64,000 nucleotides of DNA from a virus (taxonomy: Duplodnaviria; Caudoviricetes): IMG/VR virus record IMGVR_UViG_3300032247_000914, positions 7,084 to 71,083 of that record. One strand, given 5' to 3'. This document shows positions 40,516-49,534 of the stretch, one piece after another; the stretch's first letter is position 1, and every line of letters starts with the position of its first letter. The translations under genes and the position numbers were made by a program. The notes under the pieces were generated by a model. That model saw nothing but the letters and a program-made list of their open reading frames with translations, was not told the origin of the DNA and made no database searches.

Positions 40516-40787
40516 TACAGTTCTATTTCACCTGTATTGACCAATTCTTCTACTGCGGCGTTGAACTCGTTTTCCAAGTCCCAAAGGGCTTCGGCTCGAC
40601 GAATGTCTTTTTTACGTTTACGTAGGGCTGACCCTTTTTGATACATCTTGTCCAAATGTTCCTGGCAATAGGCCTTGCCGTAAACTGTCTTACAACCACA
40701 ATATTTGATAGGCCAATCTCGTAGAGGATCCTGATCTGGACCAATATAGGTACAGCCTTCATAATTGGGTTTAAGTAAATCACTCAT
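40515..40787 (-). CDS. Cys/His cluster protein resembling the GcrA C-terminal domain
   Basis: CTYIG...YCG...AYCQEH...YQ. Confidence 0.45.
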   Translation of the reverse strand: MSDLLKPNYEGCTYIGPDQDPLRDWPIKYCGCKTVYGKAYCQEHLDKMYQKGSALRKRKKDIRRAEALWDLENEFNAAVEELVNTGEIEL

Positions 40788-41064
40788 CTTTACTGTCCTT
40801 TTCTTTTAAAATTTGAATAAGTTCATCGGCGCTGTTGCTAGTACCATTTTCCACACGATCAAAGAAATCTTTCAATTTGATCAGTTTGCCGCGATGTAGG
40901 CTTAGTAGGAATGTGGTAGCATCCTGTTTACCTTGAGAATGTGCCAAATGTTCCAATATGAAAATTAAAACAATAAAGCACCAAAATCTAGAATCGTCCC
41001 AAATAATTCCTAGAGTACTCAACATGTACGACATGGTGGAGTAAGCCACCAGTCGAATCATCAT
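40780..41064 (-). CDS. Hypothetical membrane protein
   Basis: Two hydrophobic segments. Confidence 0.5.
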   Translation of the reverse strand: MMIRLVAYSTMSYMLSTLGIIWDDSRFWCFIVLIFILEHLAHSQGKQDATTFLLSLHRGKLIKLKDFFDRVENGTSNSADELIQILKEKDSKDE

Positions 41065-41089
41065 AGGACCAGTCAGCAGTTCCCACATA

Positions 41090-41959
41090 TTAAACACGTC
41101 GCATACAGGTTGTACGTGCCATTGACTGCCAATTTGCGGGAAAGCTCTTACGCAAGTCTGCCAGTTTGAGTACCATACGCAAACTGAGTTCACGCAACTT
41201 GCTTTGGTTGTCTACAATGAACTCCACAAGCTCGTCTTTAACAATGTCAATGTTGTCAAAGTCATAGCGATCCAACATGCCATCAGTGATAATTTGTTTG
41301 ATACGCAGGATCTTTTCACGAGTGGTATCCATTTGCAAGTCAATATAGTGACAACGTGATTCCAAAGCATCCAGGTGGTCACGCAACTTTTTGCTACGGA
41401 CGTGTTCAAACTTGATGTTGGTAATGAAAATGGCCGCACCCCTGAACTCAAAACGATCTGGAATACCTTCGCTACGCAGGATACGGCTGTCAGTATTCCA
41501 AGAGATAAAACGTCGTGAGCTGGAGTCCAACGCACCTTTCAAAATATTCAGACTAAGGTCTTCCATCAAAATGCTGTCGCAGTCATCAAACACAACCACA
41601 TTGCCCGCATCACTAAATTCATATAGTTTGGCATATAAGCCAATGGCACTCATGGCACCTTTGACCACTTCAAACTTGGGCTTCTTCTCTGCCAATGTGT
41701 TGAACAAGTCTGCTTTTTGTAGCACAGTTTCAACACCATAACTCTTACCAACCCCTGGAGGGCCACTCACAATCATAGCACGGACATTGCCCTGCTTGAC
41801 CGCCTTGGTCATGTCATCCAAAATTTGGAAACGCTCACGCAGACGTTCCATGATTTGCTCGTCTGTTTCTTGAGCCACTTCATGTTCACGAGCTTTGATT
41901 GCTTCGTTATCAAATTCAAGTATGTTTGTTGTGCCAGTATTTTTCATTGCCTTTGCCAT
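41090..41959 (-). CDS. P-loop AAA+ NTPase
   Basis: GPPGVGKS, VFDDCD, ALESRC; behind a sigma70 promoter. Confidence 0.8.
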   Translation of the reverse strand: MAKAMKNTGTTNILEFDNEAIKAREHEVAQETDEQIMERLRERFQILDDMTKAVKQGNVRAMIVSGPPGVGKSYGVETVLQKADLFNTLAEKKPKFEVVKGAMSAIGLYAKLYEFSDAGNVVVFDDCDSILMEDLSLNILKGALDSSSRRFISWNTDSRILRSEGIPDRFEFRGAAIFITNIKFEHVRSKKLRDHLDALESRCHYIDLQMDTTREKILRIKQIITDGMLDRYDFDNIDIVKDELVEFIVDNQSKLRELSLRMVLKLADLRKSFPANWQSMARTTCMRRV

Positions 41960-41994
41960 TTTAAAAGTCCTTAAATGTGTTTAAGTAAGTGTGT

Positions 41995-42023
41995 ATTATA
42001 ACTAAGAATTGTGCTATTGTCAA
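41995..42023 (-). promoter_or_regulatory. sigma70-type promoter
   Basis: TTGACA-17-TATAAT. Confidence 0.85.
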
Positions 42024-42070
42024 GTACAATATTTAACTTGTGTTGTTCCCCAAATTGCTTAGTTATGTAT

Positions 42071-42099
42071 ATTATACGATGGATCAAATAATCTGTCAA
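42071..42099 (-). promoter_or_regulatory. sigma70-type promoter (tandem)
   Basis: TTGACA-17-TATAAT. Confidence 0.85.
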
Positions 42100-42101
42100 T
42101 C

Positions 42102-42143
42102 AAAAGAAAACCCCGCCGTGTCACTATGTGACAGTGGGCAGGG
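42102..42143 (-). terminator. Intrinsic terminator after the halogenase-like genes
   Basis: TGTCAC/GTGACA core in a GC stem, then TTTTCTTTT. Confidence 0.6.
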
Positions 42144-42223
42144 CCAATAAAAATCACTCTCCGGTTTGAGCGGTCTATGACTAGGCTGGGGGAGTGTTGT
42201 AAAAAAACAACAATCAGGGTTAA

Positions 42224-43414
42224 CTATTTTGTAATTTTAAAATAGTCATAACCCATATTTTCGTCAACTAATCGAAGCGACATGGGATTGAAGAACCACC
42301 TTGGCCCTTCGTTTAACAGTCCCATAGCACCATTCTTTTTTAGTTCATCGGACACATGACTTAACATTCTGCTTTTCTTTAGTCTGTTCTGACCCAATGT
42401 CTTGGCATGTTGCCAAAATTCTGTGTTCAATGTGGATCCACCATGATAAAAGAAACTTAGCAAATCTTCTAAATTTTCTGAATATATTTCAAACATTTCG
42501 TTTACATATTTTTCACTAAATTTGTCAGGGGCGGCCAAATGGTCAGTAAAAGTTTTAACGTTCTGTATGTAAAAAAATATTGAACTAGCACTCAGTGGTT
42601 CTAGGAAGAACGCTTTGGTGCCATTTTTTAATACTCGGCCCTCATAGGCCTTTTTGGCATAATAAGATTGGAATTGATATTCTTTAATTTGAGCTGGATC
42701 TAATTTGGTATTTAGGTACTCGCCCATTTCTTCTATAATATCTTCTCGTTTGGATTTAACATCGTTAAACAAATAACCGTAGGTATGTCTAGATTGTAAT
42801 GGAATACCAAACATCCAACCTGCGTTCATGGCCACATGGTCGGTATACTGATCATAATCGCCAGTGGGCAAAGAATATACAATACAGTGGTTAACTGGGC
42901 TACAATTGGACATGTTATAGTCTTTATAGTCATTGGGAAAGCCCATACAGTCAATGATATAGTCAAATTCTTCAGTCCTACCATCAATCACAATCTGTGC
43001 TGATTTTTTTCCAGGAATAACTTCAGACACTGTGCCATGCATTTCTTTAAACTTGTTTGGCCAAAATTTATAAAATCTTTCAAAAGCAAATTCTTTAAGT
43101 TCAAAATTGTTGAAATGTACAGCATAGCCAGCGCCAAATAGGGGATTGACAAAATCGTGTTCTCGCCATCTTTTATAACGGGTTCCAAATTTTAATGTAC
43201 CATCTAATAAATCTAAGTCAGCAAATTGAAACCTTGTGGCATCTTGTAGGGTCATAATAAAATTAGGATTGGTACTTTCTCCAATTCCCAATATAGGCTT
43301 ATTGGAATCAAATATACTATATACGTCCCAATTGTCTGTCATATAGGGCAATAATTCACACAGGGAAATAATACCTGCGGTGCCAGCACCAATTACTGCT
43401 ATACGCTTTTTCAT
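42224..43414 (-). CDS. Flavin-dependent (tryptophan) halogenase-like
   Basis: GAGTAG, IGEST, WMFGIP, FLEPLSA. Confidence 0.8.
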   Translation of the reverse strand: MKKRIAVIGAGTAGIISLCELLPYMTDNWDVYSIFDSNKPILGIGESTNPNFIMTLQDATRFQFADLDLLDGTLKFGTRYKRWREHDFVNPLFGAGYAVHFNNFELKEFAFERFYKFWPNKFKEMHGTVSEVIPGKKSAQIVIDGRTEEFDYIIDCMGFPNDYKDYNMSNCSPVNHCIVYSLPTGDYDQYTDHVAMNAGWMFGIPLQSRHTYGYLFNDVKSKREDIIEEMGEYLNTKLDPAQIKEYQFQSYYAKKAYEGRVLKNGTKAFFLEPLSASSIFFYIQNVKTFTDHLAAPDKFSEKYVNEMFEIYSENLEDLLSFFYHGGSTLNTEFWQHAKTLGQNRLKKSRMLSHVSDELKKNGAMGLLNEGPRWFFNPMSLRLVDENMGYDYFKITK

Positions 43415-44055
43415 AGTTCTAACCTTGTCAATCCTTCTTCAGTGCCAATTGGTCCGGAAAACCAAGTGTTGAAGGCCAGCACACATCTACGTTGACGCAT
43501 GGTCTGATAACCCATTACGGCATGTTGTAGATTACTGGGGAATAAAATAAGACGGCCAGTATTGGCTCCAAACTTGATCTCATCGTAGAGCCATGGTTTA
43601 TTTTGAAAATCCTTTTCGTATTCAACAACTGGACCACCACCAACATAGGATGGTTTGATGAAAGTCAGTGCTTCACTGCCTGTGGGAGCATCAATATAAT
43701 AACTGCCGCTGATGATTGAATTGGCATGTGAATGTGTAAAAATACTCTGTGGTATATTTTCGTGTTTGATTGCCCAACTTTGTGTAAACTGTAGTTTTTC
43801 AGAACCCATGACATCTTTGGCATACTTGTCCAGCTGAAGTTGTATCCATGCTTTTATTGATGGCACAGTGTCTAGTACACGTTTGTTTTTAGTAGTGGGG
43901 AATGAGCCATACTTGCTTTGAACCACATACTCTGCGGTCAGTATGGCATTGTGATCCTCTTTGGGGATCACAAGGTTGTCCACAGTGGCAACCACTGTGG
44001 GAAACAACATATGAGTCTTAAAATTATCTGTAGTTGGCTTAATTTTATACGTCAT
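43411..44055 (-). CDS. 2OG-Fe(II) oxygenase (TIGR02466-like)
   Basis: SWA, HSHANS, FPSNLQH, RCVLAFN; start reassigned outside the tRNA. Confidence 0.75.
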   Translation of the reverse strand: MTYKIKPTTDNFKTHMLFPTVVATVDNLVIPKEDHNAILTAEYVVQSKYGSFPTTKNKRVLDTVPSIKAWIQLQLDKYAKDVMGSEKLQFTQSWAIKHENIPQSIFTHSHANSIISGSYYIDAPTGSEALTFIKPSYVGGGPVVEYEKDFQNKPWLYDEIKFGANTGRLILFPSNLQHAVMGYQTMRQRRCVLAFNTWFSGPIGTEEGLTRLEL

Positions 44056-44059
44056 AATA

Positions 44060-44133
44060 TGGAGCGGGTAGCGAGAATCGAACTCGCGAGTGTTCCTTGG
44101 CAAGGAACCAGGTTACCATTACATCATACCCGC
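44060..44133 (-). tRNA. tRNA-Gly(GCC)
   Basis: Cloverleaf, loop TTGCCAA, CCA. Confidence 0.92.
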
Positions 44134-45342
44134 ATTGTTATCTTTAGTATCTGCTAATAACTGGACTAACTCATCTCTAACATCAAATTGTTTCATATGT
44201 TGATGGAATGATGGTTCAGCCCAGGTAGCATACCCTGGTGGAATTTTGGTAGTTATATTTGGATGTTTCCATGTTGGATCAACAATTCTAGACACTACTC
44301 CCCTGAACATGGGATCTTTTGTCAGTGAGTTTTTGATGCATTTAACACCACGTTCTGTAGCATACCGCCAAAATTCCGTTTCGTAAACTTGATTTTTAAA
44401 ATAATGGAACATGATCATGGTTTCCATTTCTCTAATCATTCTATCATATTTGGTATTGGCCAAACTAAAGTGTTTGCCTTCTTTCCATACAGCTTCGGCA
44501 GCCCATTGTATAACATCCATAAAATAAATCGAAGTTGCTTCAATGGGTTCAAGGAAAAAACTGGCATTGCCGTTATAACACAGTCTAGGATAAAAATTTT
44601 GTTTTCTATAATAATTTTTGAAACTGAAAGTGTTGGTATGATCGCTTGGTGTTAGGTTGTAATCACCAAATACTGTTTGTACATCTTCTTTGACTTGATC
44701 CAATGTGGCTGTTTGGTTGTTGTAAACATACCCAATACTACATCTATTTCGCAAAGGAATTCCAAATACCCAACCGTGTTTTCTCGCAAGATTCAATGAT
44801 GTATGGAATCTAGCATAGTCCCAATAGCACTGTGTGACATGTACTGAATTGACAGGAATATAGTCTGATATAACAAATTGATCTAGATCAGCTTCGCTGG
44901 GTTTGCCCGAGCAGTCTACAATGTAGGTACAATCAATATCGTCATAGCTGGCGACATTTCGATCTATAATTTTTACTCTAGGAGACTGCTGAACATAATC
45001 TAAAATAAAATCCTGTAGCTTGTTGGCATTGAAATGATAGGCATTGAACCCGGCGCTGAACCAATGTATAAATTCATCACCGTCAGACCCCCACCCAGAT
45101 TTCTGAATTCCCAGTTTGGGAGTGCCATCTATCTTTTCTAAATCTCCGTAGGTGAATCCCAAATTGTGGAATAACTGTATGGGAAATTCCAAAGTGGATC
45201 CTTCACCCACTGCTTGTGGTGGCTTATTGCCGTCAAAATACCAATCAATATCCCATTTGGTACTTTTTAAAAAATGCGAAACAGTATAGGCTCCCGCAGT
45301 ACCACGCCCAATAACTGCTAATTTTATTTTATTCATGCCCAT
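44119..45342 (-). CDS. Flavin-dependent halogenase-like
   Basis: GRGTAG, VGEGST, WVFGIP, FLEPIEAT; stop lies inside tRNA-Gly. Confidence 0.8.
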   Translation of the reverse strand: MGMNKIKLAVIGRGTAGAYTVSHFLKSTKWDIDWYFDGNKPPQAVGEGSTLEFPIQLFHNLGFTYGDLEKIDGTPKLGIQKSGWGSDGDEFIHWFSAGFNAYHFNANKLQDFILDYVQQSPRVKIIDRNVASYDDIDCTYIVDCSGKPSEADLDQFVISDYIPVNSVHVTQCYWDYARFHTSLNLARKHGWVFGIPLRNRCSIGYVYNNQTATLDQVKEDVQTVFGDYNLTPSDHTNTFSFKNYYRKQNFYPRLCYNGNASFFLEPIEATSIYFMDVIQWAAEAVWKEGKHFSLANTKYDRMIREMETMIMFHYFKNQVYETEFWRYATERGVKCIKNSLTKDPMFRGVVSRIVDPTWKHPNITTKIPPGYATWAEPSFHQHMKQFDVRDELVQLLADTKDNNAGMM

Positions 45343-45351
45343 ATTTAAGGA

Positions 45352-46515
45352 TTATTGTAATAGTAAAGATAGATCTTGAGCCAGTCCCATGCCTTCAATA
45401 TTGGCTGTATAAGACACTTGACCCCATGTACCATAGCCTAGGTCCACTAACACTGGATTTAGTAATTTACCTTCAACAGCATGTTTGATTACTGATTTAA
45501 ACAACATTTGTCTTTTCACAGTTTCTTTTATACGTGCTTGACCCCGATTGGTGGCAAACTTCCAAAAATCACTATCATACATATCATTTTTATAATAGTG
45601 TAACATGATCATATCTTCTAGTCTATTGATGTAATCATAATAGGTTTTATTTGGGTTTTCACTCTTGCCAGTCCAATGACGATGCGCCATGACATTTACC
45701 ACATTCATACAGGCAATTGATGTGGCTTCTAGGGGTTCTAAAAAGAAACTGGCATTGCCGTTAAATGCCACTCGACCATAAAAGTTTTGTTTACGGTAAT
45801 AATTATTGAATGTAAAACTATTTGTAGTTTGGCTAGGTGTTAGGCCGTACTGATCAAAAATTGATTGAACATCTTCCTTGACTTCATCTATGGTATTGAT
45901 TTTATGATTATACAAATAACCAATGCTACATCTATTTTGTAGAGGAATACCAAAAACCCATCCATGTTTTTTGGCAATGTTCAATGAATATTGAAATCTT
46001 GGAGTGTCCCAATAGCATTGAGTAACATGAACAGCATTGACTGGAATAGTTTGGGGAAGATGGTAATGGTCTAGTTCACTTTCGCTGGGTTTACCTGAAC
46101 AGTCCAACACAAAGTCAGAATCAATGTCACTGTAACTTTTTATATTACCGTTAAGGATTTTTACTCGGCTCTGAGTGCCCGCATAATTTATGATCCACTC
46201 TTGAAGTTTGACAGCATTGAAATGATAGGCCACAGTACCAGATGGGAACAAATGATAATATTCTTCACCAGATCCCCATCCTTGTTTTTTGATGCCTGCT
46301 TTAAATGTACCGTCTACGCTGTCTAGCTGTGGCAATTTGAATCCCAAGTATTGATCCAGGTTGACTGGAAATTCCACAGTGGAACCTTCGCCAACACTTT
46401 GGGGAGACACATTGGGATCAAAATACCAATCAATATCCCAATTGGTGTTTTTTAAAAAATACGCAATAGCATAACATCCTGCCGTGCCTCGGCCAATAAT
46501 TGTTAACTTTTTCAT
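45352..46515 (-). CDS. Flavin-dependent halogenase-like
   Basis: GRGTAG, VGEGST, WVFGIP, FLEPLEAT; close paralog of neighbour. Confidence 0.8.
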   Translation of the reverse strand: MKKLTIIGRGTAGCYAIAYFLKNTNWDIDWYFDPNVSPQSVGEGSTVEFPVNLDQYLGFKLPQLDSVDGTFKAGIKKQGWGSGEEYYHLFPSGTVAYHFNAVKLQEWIINYAGTQSRVKILNGNIKSYSDIDSDFVLDCSGKPSESELDHYHLPQTIPVNAVHVTQCYWDTPRFQYSLNIAKKHGWVFGIPLQNRCSIGYLYNHKINTIDEVKEDVQSIFDQYGLTPSQTTNSFTFNNYYRKQNFYGRVAFNGNASFFLEPLEATSIACMNVVNVMAHRHWTGKSENPNKTYYDYINRLEDMIMLHYYKNDMYDSDFWKFATNRGQARIKETVKRQMLFKSVIKHAVEGKLLNPVLVDLGYGTWGQVSYTANIEGMGLAQDLSLLLQ

Positions 46516-46529
46516 CTAGCTATTTAATA

Positions 46530-46607
46530 TGGAGTACGGGGTCGGATTTGAACCGACGGTTTTACGATTTTGCAGACCGTTGCATTGGGCCTCTCTGCCA
46601 CCCGTAC
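46530..46607 (-). tRNA. tRNA-Cys(GCA)
   Basis: Loop CTGCAAA, U73, CCA. Confidence 0.9.
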
Positions 46608-46615
46608 ATAAAATC

Positions 46616-46882
46616 TCAACCAGTTCTTTTGATAATGTGATAGCCAAACTGTGTTTGAACTGGGCCAGTGTGTGAACCAACATTAATACTGGCAACAGCA
46701 TCTTCAAATGGTTTAACCATTTGTCCTGGGCCAAATTCACCCAAGTCGCCACCGTTGTTACTGCTAGGACACTTGCTGAATTTTTTGGCCATTTCTTCAA
46801 AATTGCTACTGTTAAGATTGATTAGTTGCCTAAGTTCCTTGGCCAATTCTAAATTATCTACTAAAATATGACTTGCTCTCAT
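46616..46882 (-). CDS. ppiC: Parvulin peptidyl-prolyl isomerase
   Basis: ASHILV, SKCPS..GGDLGEF, MVKPFE, FGYHII. Confidence 0.92.
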   Translation of the reverse strand: MRASHILVDNLELAKELRQLINLNSSNFEEMAKKFSKCPSSNNGGDLGEFGPGQMVKPFEDAVASINVGSHTGPVQTQFGYHIIKRTG

Positions 46883-46894
46883 TTATTTTCCTTA

Positions 46895-47161
46895 TTAGCC
46901 TGTGCGTTTGATTATGTGATACCCAGCTGGGGTCTTGATTGGACCAGTATGTGAGCCAATACCAATACTGTTTAAAGCCGCCTCAAAAGCAGGATCCATT
47001 TGACCTGGAGCTATTTCTCCTAAATCTGCCAGATTATTTTTGCTATCTGGGCATGTACTATGTGTAAAGGCCAACATCGATATATCAATACCTTGATTGA
47101 TTTTTTTCCTAATCAATTGTGCTTCTTCTAATGTGTCCACTAAAATGTGACTGGCTCTCAT
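46895..47161 (-). CDS. ppiC: Parvulin peptidyl-prolyl isomerase paralog
   Basis: ASHILV, DLGEI..GQM, GYHIIKRTG. Confidence 0.85.
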   Translation of the reverse strand: MRASHILVDTLEEAQLIRKKINQGIDISMLAFTHSTCPDSKNNLADLGEIAPGQMDPAFEAALNSIGIGSHTGPIKTPAGYHIIKRTG

Positions 47162-47180
47162 TGGTTTTTCCTTATTAAAT

Positions 47181-47255
47181 TGGTACCTCGTGACAGGGTC
47201 GAACTGCCGACATTCGCCGTGTAAAGGCGCTACTCTACCACTGAGTTAACGAGGC
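47181..47255 (-). tRNA. tRNA-Val(TAC)
   Basis: Loop TTTACAC, CCA. Confidence 0.9.
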
Positions 47256-47268
47256 TCTTAAACATTAT

Positions 47269-47922
47269 TTAACCTGCATTATTATTGATGAAAGAATCTC
47301 CAAGACCATACTCACCTATCGGGTGAAGATTAAATGCTAAAGAATACCTAGTCAAATTTGAATTATGACGAGTAATTCTATGAAACAAATAACTAGGAAA
47401 AAATACCAGCATGTTTTTCCTTGGCGATATTGTAAATCCTTCAGTATTCAATAAATTATATTCTTCTATTCCGCCTAATAAAAAATTGGATAAACTTAGA
47501 TTATGATTTCCAAATTCTAATATACCACCATCTATAATTTCATCAAAATAAAGAACGCCACTGTAAAAACTATTCTTGTGGGAATGAAATTGTGATTCCC
47601 CGCCACGCTTTACCTTAGTGCCCCATGATGTGGTTATTATAAATTTCTTATTGGAAATTCGCAACACATTTTGAATATAGTCGTCAAAATTATCTAATAT
47701 TGAATTTTCTAAATCGGGAAACTGCTTCAAGATTTTTCTATCTGTTGTTGAATAAGCAGGAATCGTTCCATTAAAATTTGTTCCAGATGCTTGATTAATA
47801 TAAAATTCACTATTTTTAATCTGTGTTTTAACAGCAGTTAGGTCAGCGGTCAAAAATGTAGTGGACACTGGTGAACTGAACGCTGGAAACACTGTGAATT
47901 TAGATATTTCAAAACTATACAT
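47269..47922 (-). CDS. 2OG-Fe(II) oxygenase (TIGR02466-like)
   Basis: HSHKNS, FPSYLFH, RYSLAFN. Confidence 0.75.
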   Translation of the reverse strand: MYSFEISKFTVFPAFSSPVSTTFLTADLTAVKTQIKNSEFYINQASGTNFNGTIPAYSTTDRKILKQFPDLENSILDNFDDYIQNVLRISNKKFIITTSWGTKVKRGGESQFHSHKNSFYSGVLYFDEIIDGGILEFGNHNLSLSNFLLGGIEEYNLLNTEGFTISPRKNMLVFFPSYLFHRITRHNSNLTRYSLAFNLHPIGEYGLGDSFINNNAG

Positions 47923-47931
47923 ATTATCCTA

Positions 47932-48005
47932 TGGAGCGGGGTAGGAGAATCGAACTCCTCGCTTTAGCTTGGAAGGCTAAGGTATTACCACTATACGAAC
48001 CCCGC
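47932..48005 (-). tRNA. tRNA-Gly(TCC)
   Basis: Loop CTTCCAA, CCA. Confidence 0.92.
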
Positions 48006-48305
48006 ATACTTTAATTAAACACACTTGGAACGTTTCACAACGGCGGTGTTCTTGCCTAAATACCTAAACTACGTTTAGATCAAGTACGTTTAATTAAAGT
48101 GTCTAGCTACCTACACCACATAGGCCCTAGACTGAGCAGTTACTCTGTCCACGTATTTCTTCTTCTGGTAAAGGTTAACGTTCCTCACCTTAGGCAGTTT
48201 TCGGTATCCCATATAGCGGGACCGTAAGGTCAAGTCCTAATGTACCCCCTAGTCTATCGTTCAAGGGACGCTCTTATTATAACGTAAAAGAGTAAACCGG
48301 GTTAC
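48006..48305 (-). ncRNA. Candidate ~300-nt structured RNA between tRNAs
   Basis: No ORF; many inverted repeats incl. 13-bp ACTTTAATTAAAC/GTTTAATTAAAGT and long-range GGAACGTT/AACGTTCC. Confidence 0.5.
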
Positions 48306-48381
48306 TGGTGCCCTTTGTCGGATTCGAACTGACCACCTACGCATTACAAGTGCGTTGCTCTACCAAATGAGCTAAAAGGGC
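48306..48381 (-). tRNA. tRNA-Thr(TGT)
   Basis: Loop CTTGTAA, CCA. Confidence 0.92.
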
Positions 48382-48393
48382 AATATAACTTAA

Positions 48394-48969
48394 TTATCTA
48401 TTAAATTTCAACACCATGTTAATTACGATCCTATCATTGCTCTCAACAGGGTTACTGGATGCATGTTTTATGTGCGATGGAAATACCAAAACCCTACCTT
48501 GTTTGGGCGTTACCCTAGCTGTTTCGTCAGGATAAAATAAACAAGTATCGCCATCCGCATCTTTAACATAGTAAATTGCTGAGATAAAATCAACAGGATT
48601 ATCCACATCTACATGTGGGGTATTCCACCTACCTGCCGCTTCCTTTACTCTCCAAAGCAAATTAAATTTAACTCTGTTAATCAAGAGATTCTTGAATTTT
48701 TCATCAGGTTTTAAATGATAGTCTATTGCCTTCAATATGGGATACACAGCACGAACTGGACATACCGATTGTTCCTTGATGGTTTCTCCAAAAATTGGAC
48801 TCACTAGTTGACCAACATCATAAATCTCATCAGTGTCTGTAGGTGGGTCACCATTGCTACCTATGACAGTATTTGTATCATAAAACCATTTTAAATATCG
48901 AGTAACACTTATAAGTTTTTTTTGATCATCTACCGTCATGACACCATCAATGATGATATGACGATCCAT
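48394..48969 (-). CDS. 2OG-Fe(II) oxygenase-like
   Basis: PHVD, YYV..DGDT, HAS, RIVIN. Confidence 0.75.
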   Translation of the reverse strand: MDRHIIIDGVMTVDDQKKLISVTRYLKWFYDTNTVIGSNGDPPTDTDEIYDVGQLVSPIFGETIKEQSVCPVRAVYPILKAIDYHLKPDEKFKNLLINRVKFNLLWRVKEAAGRWNTPHVDVDNPVDFISAIYYVKDADGDTCLFYPDETARVTPKQGRVLVFPSHIKHASSNPVESNDRIVINMVLKFNR

Positions 48970-48971
48970 GA

Positions 48972-49142
48972 TTACTCAACTGTATTTTGCTTTGGATCCA
49001 TCATTTTAGCGTCCCACTCGGCCAAACGTTGACGGAACTCATCTTCTGTCAAATTATGCCAACCAATACAGTGACCAATTGGACTGCGGCCACAGCCGCA
49101 TGTACCAAACTCTTTTGGATCTTCTTTTACTCTAATCTGCAT
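48972..49142 (-). CDS. CDGSH-like Fe-S/Zn finger mini-protein (56 aa)
   Basis: Missed by track; CGCGRSPIGHCIGWH. Confidence 0.6.
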   Translation of the reverse strand: MQIRVKEDPKEFGTCGCGRSPIGHCIGWHNLTEDEFRQRLAEWDAKMMDPKQNTVE

Positions 49143-49386
49143 GTCGTACCTTTCTAAATTTTTCTAAATATTCAACGCCCACATGTCCAGCTTCAATTTC
49201 TTGTAGTGCGCTGACAATATTTCCATTCGGAGTATTTACTAGCTTTCTACTGCCATGAGCAAGTTCACGGGCACGTATACTAGCGACTAATACTAGATTA
49301 AATCTATTACCAATCTTTTCAACACAAACATCGTTATTAAGCGAGTTGGTCAAAGTCTTCTTTTCAATCGCAAATGGAAAATTCAT
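49132..49386 (-). CDS. rpoZ: RNA polymerase omega subunit homolog
   Basis: VEKIGNRFNLVLVASIRAREL...ALQEIEAG closely follows the omega consensus. Confidence 0.85.
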   Translation of the reverse strand: MNFPFAIEKKTLTNSLNNDVCVEKIGNRFNLVLVASIRARELAHGSRKLVNTPNGNIVSALQEIEAGHVGVEYLEKFRKVRHAD

Positions 49387-49404
49387 AAGATCCTAATTGT
49401 TATA

Positions 49405-49487
49405 TGGTGCGGACGGTGAGACTCGAACTCACACCCCGAAAGACTGGCTTCTAAGACCAGCGCGGCTACCAATTACGCCACGTCCGC
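49405..49487 (-). tRNA. tRNA-Leu(TAG)
   Basis: Loop CTTAGAA, variable arm, CCA. Confidence 0.92.
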
Positions 49488-49502
49488 ATTGTTTAAAAAT
49501 TA

Positions 49503-49531
49503 ATTGTAACACATTATTTACAACATGTCAA
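49503..49531 (-). promoter_or_regulatory. sigma70-type promoter
   Basis: TTGACA-17-TACAAT. Confidence 0.75.
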
Positions 49532-49534
49532 CAA

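Noticed and set aside
42155-42196. Extra hairpin upstream of the 42.1 kb terminator as a riboswitch
   Set aside because: No recognisable aptamer; it lies 3' of a gene with no regulatory context.
48006-48305. RNase P RNA, tmRNA or group I intron
   Set aside because: GAGGAACGUU only loosely resembles CR-I and there is no CR-V. No tRNA-like ends or tag ORF; the P7-like pair has the wrong context.
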